Shown one piece after another: positions 47,577-48,262 of a stretch of DNA of 48,262 nt. Location: the NCBI GenBank assembly GCA_964438035.1, contig CAYTIS010000001.1, positions 1 through 48,262 on the forward strand, written 5' to 3'. Made by a program: the position numbers and the translations under genes. How positions within the stretch are numbered: the first letter of the stretch is position 1; each line of letters opens with the position of its first letter. This stretch comes from an uncultured Slackia sp. Its GTDB lineage: Bacteria; Actinomycetota; Coriobacteriia; Coriobacteriales; Eggerthellaceae. Under the pieces are notes generated by a model. The model was not told the origin of the DNA, searched no databases, and saw only the letters and a list, made by a program, of their open reading frames with translations.

Positions 47577-47821
47577 GGCCGCTTCTCGATCTTGGGGCCG
47601 TTTTGGATAAAGAAGGTACACGCACGGCATACCTCCTTCACCGGAACACTGCGGTCAACTTCAGGATTGTCGAGAATGGCCAGACCAAGCGCCACCTTGT
47701 GGGTAGGGCGATAGCAGGCGGAGAAATTACAGTCGGGCGGGCAGGGCTCGCCGGGGGTGTTATGCGGGCAGCGACTTTGCATCTCCTCATCGCAGCCGCG
47801 CAAATCCCAACAATGCGCCAT
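47567..47821 (-). CDS. small Cys-rich hypothetical protein (84 aa)
   Basis: RBS AAGGAGG, ATG 47821, nine Cys (CW..GC, CPH, CxxxC, CxxC); overlaps the downstream flavoprotein start. Confidence 0.8.
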   Translation of the reverse strand: MAHCWDLRGCDEEMQSRCPHNTPGEPCPPDCNFSACYRPTHKVALGLAILDNPEVDRSVPVKEVCRACTFFIQNGPKIEKRPCA

Positions 47822-47907
47822 GATGAACCTCCTTGCCCGAAACCCTATCAGAAGGCGAAGCGGTTCAAAGAACCGCTTTCTCACAGGCCACCCTGGCCTG
47901 CGCCCCG

Positions 47908-47937
47908 AAAAAAGCGCCGCTCTTGCGAACGGCGCTT
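47908..47937 (-). terminator. intrinsic terminator after the Nfu gene
   Basis: AAGCGCCGTTC-GCAA-GAGCGGCGC followed by a T run. Confidence 0.8.
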
Positions 47938-47941
47938 CGTG

Positions 47942-48175
47942 CTAACCGACGTTGACCACCTGAGTCACGCCCGGAATATGCTCCTTGAGGATGCGCTCGA
48001 CCCCATTGGTCAGCGTCATTTGACTGATGGGGCAGCCTCGACACGCCCCCTGCAGCTCAACGGTAACCACACCGTCATCATTGACGTCAACCAATGCAAC
48101 ATCTCCCCCATCGTTTTGAAGGCTGGGGCGAATGAGGTTCAAAACCTCCACCACCCTCTCCCTGTCGATTGCCAT
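47942..48175 (-). CDS. NifU-C/Nfu-type Fe-S carrier protein
   Basis: IRPSLQNDGGD, LQGACRGCP..TL; RBS AGGAG; TACAAT at 48248-48253. Confidence 0.94.
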   Translation of the reverse strand: MAIDRERVVEVLNLIRPSLQNDGGDVALVDVNDDGVVTVELQGACRGCPISQMTLTNGVERILKEHIPGVTQVVNVG

Positions 48176-48262
48176 GATATCTCCTAACTATCGCGGCGGA
48201 CGTGCCGCCTGACTCAGCAGCGGATGTGCCGCTTTTCGTGTCTGGCTATTGTAGCGTACCCC

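Noticed and set aside
1-48262. CRISPR arrays, IS elements, integrases, rRNA/tRNA, selenocysteine or frameshift recoding
   Set aside because: No repeat-spacer arrays, mobile-element enzymes, RNA gene folds or interrupted conserved ORFs were seen, apart from the adh/aldh remnant

Overview
High-GC bacterial chromosomal region made mostly of housekeeping genes. The gene content and order suggest Coriobacteriia (Eggerthellaceae-like), which is my inference. From left to right it holds: the start of the atp operon (atpI-like, atpB, E, F, H and the first codons of atpA); a dCMP deaminase, upp, glyA and rpiB; a lipase-like hydrolase with glpK; an orphan A24 prepilin peptidase; tsaC; a di-Mop/TOBE protein; a four-gene accessory module (membrane Zn-ribbon protein, DUF5685-like protein, J-TPR protein with a cysteine-rich tail, DnaK-like Hsp70 paralog without grpE); glf-wzm-wzt-wecA; helD, recN, ybaN, trpS-dtd, yigZ and an ABC-F; a doubly deleted adh/aldh remnant in front of a PHP histidinol phosphatase; a complete his operon led by a HisZ-HisG fusion; divergent metA/metY; PAP2, murB and an ArsC-like gene; two flavoproteins, a small Cys-rich protein and an Nfu-type protein. 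I found no rRNA, tRNA, CRISPR array, integrase or transposase. The best candidate for an undescribed system is 12508-16492. It appears to be a dedicated Hsp70/J-protein machine translationally coupled to a DUF5685 protein with isoprenoid-synthase-like Asp-rich motifs, and the J protein ends in a cysteine-string-like tail. All calls come from motif recognition and recall; no database searches were run.
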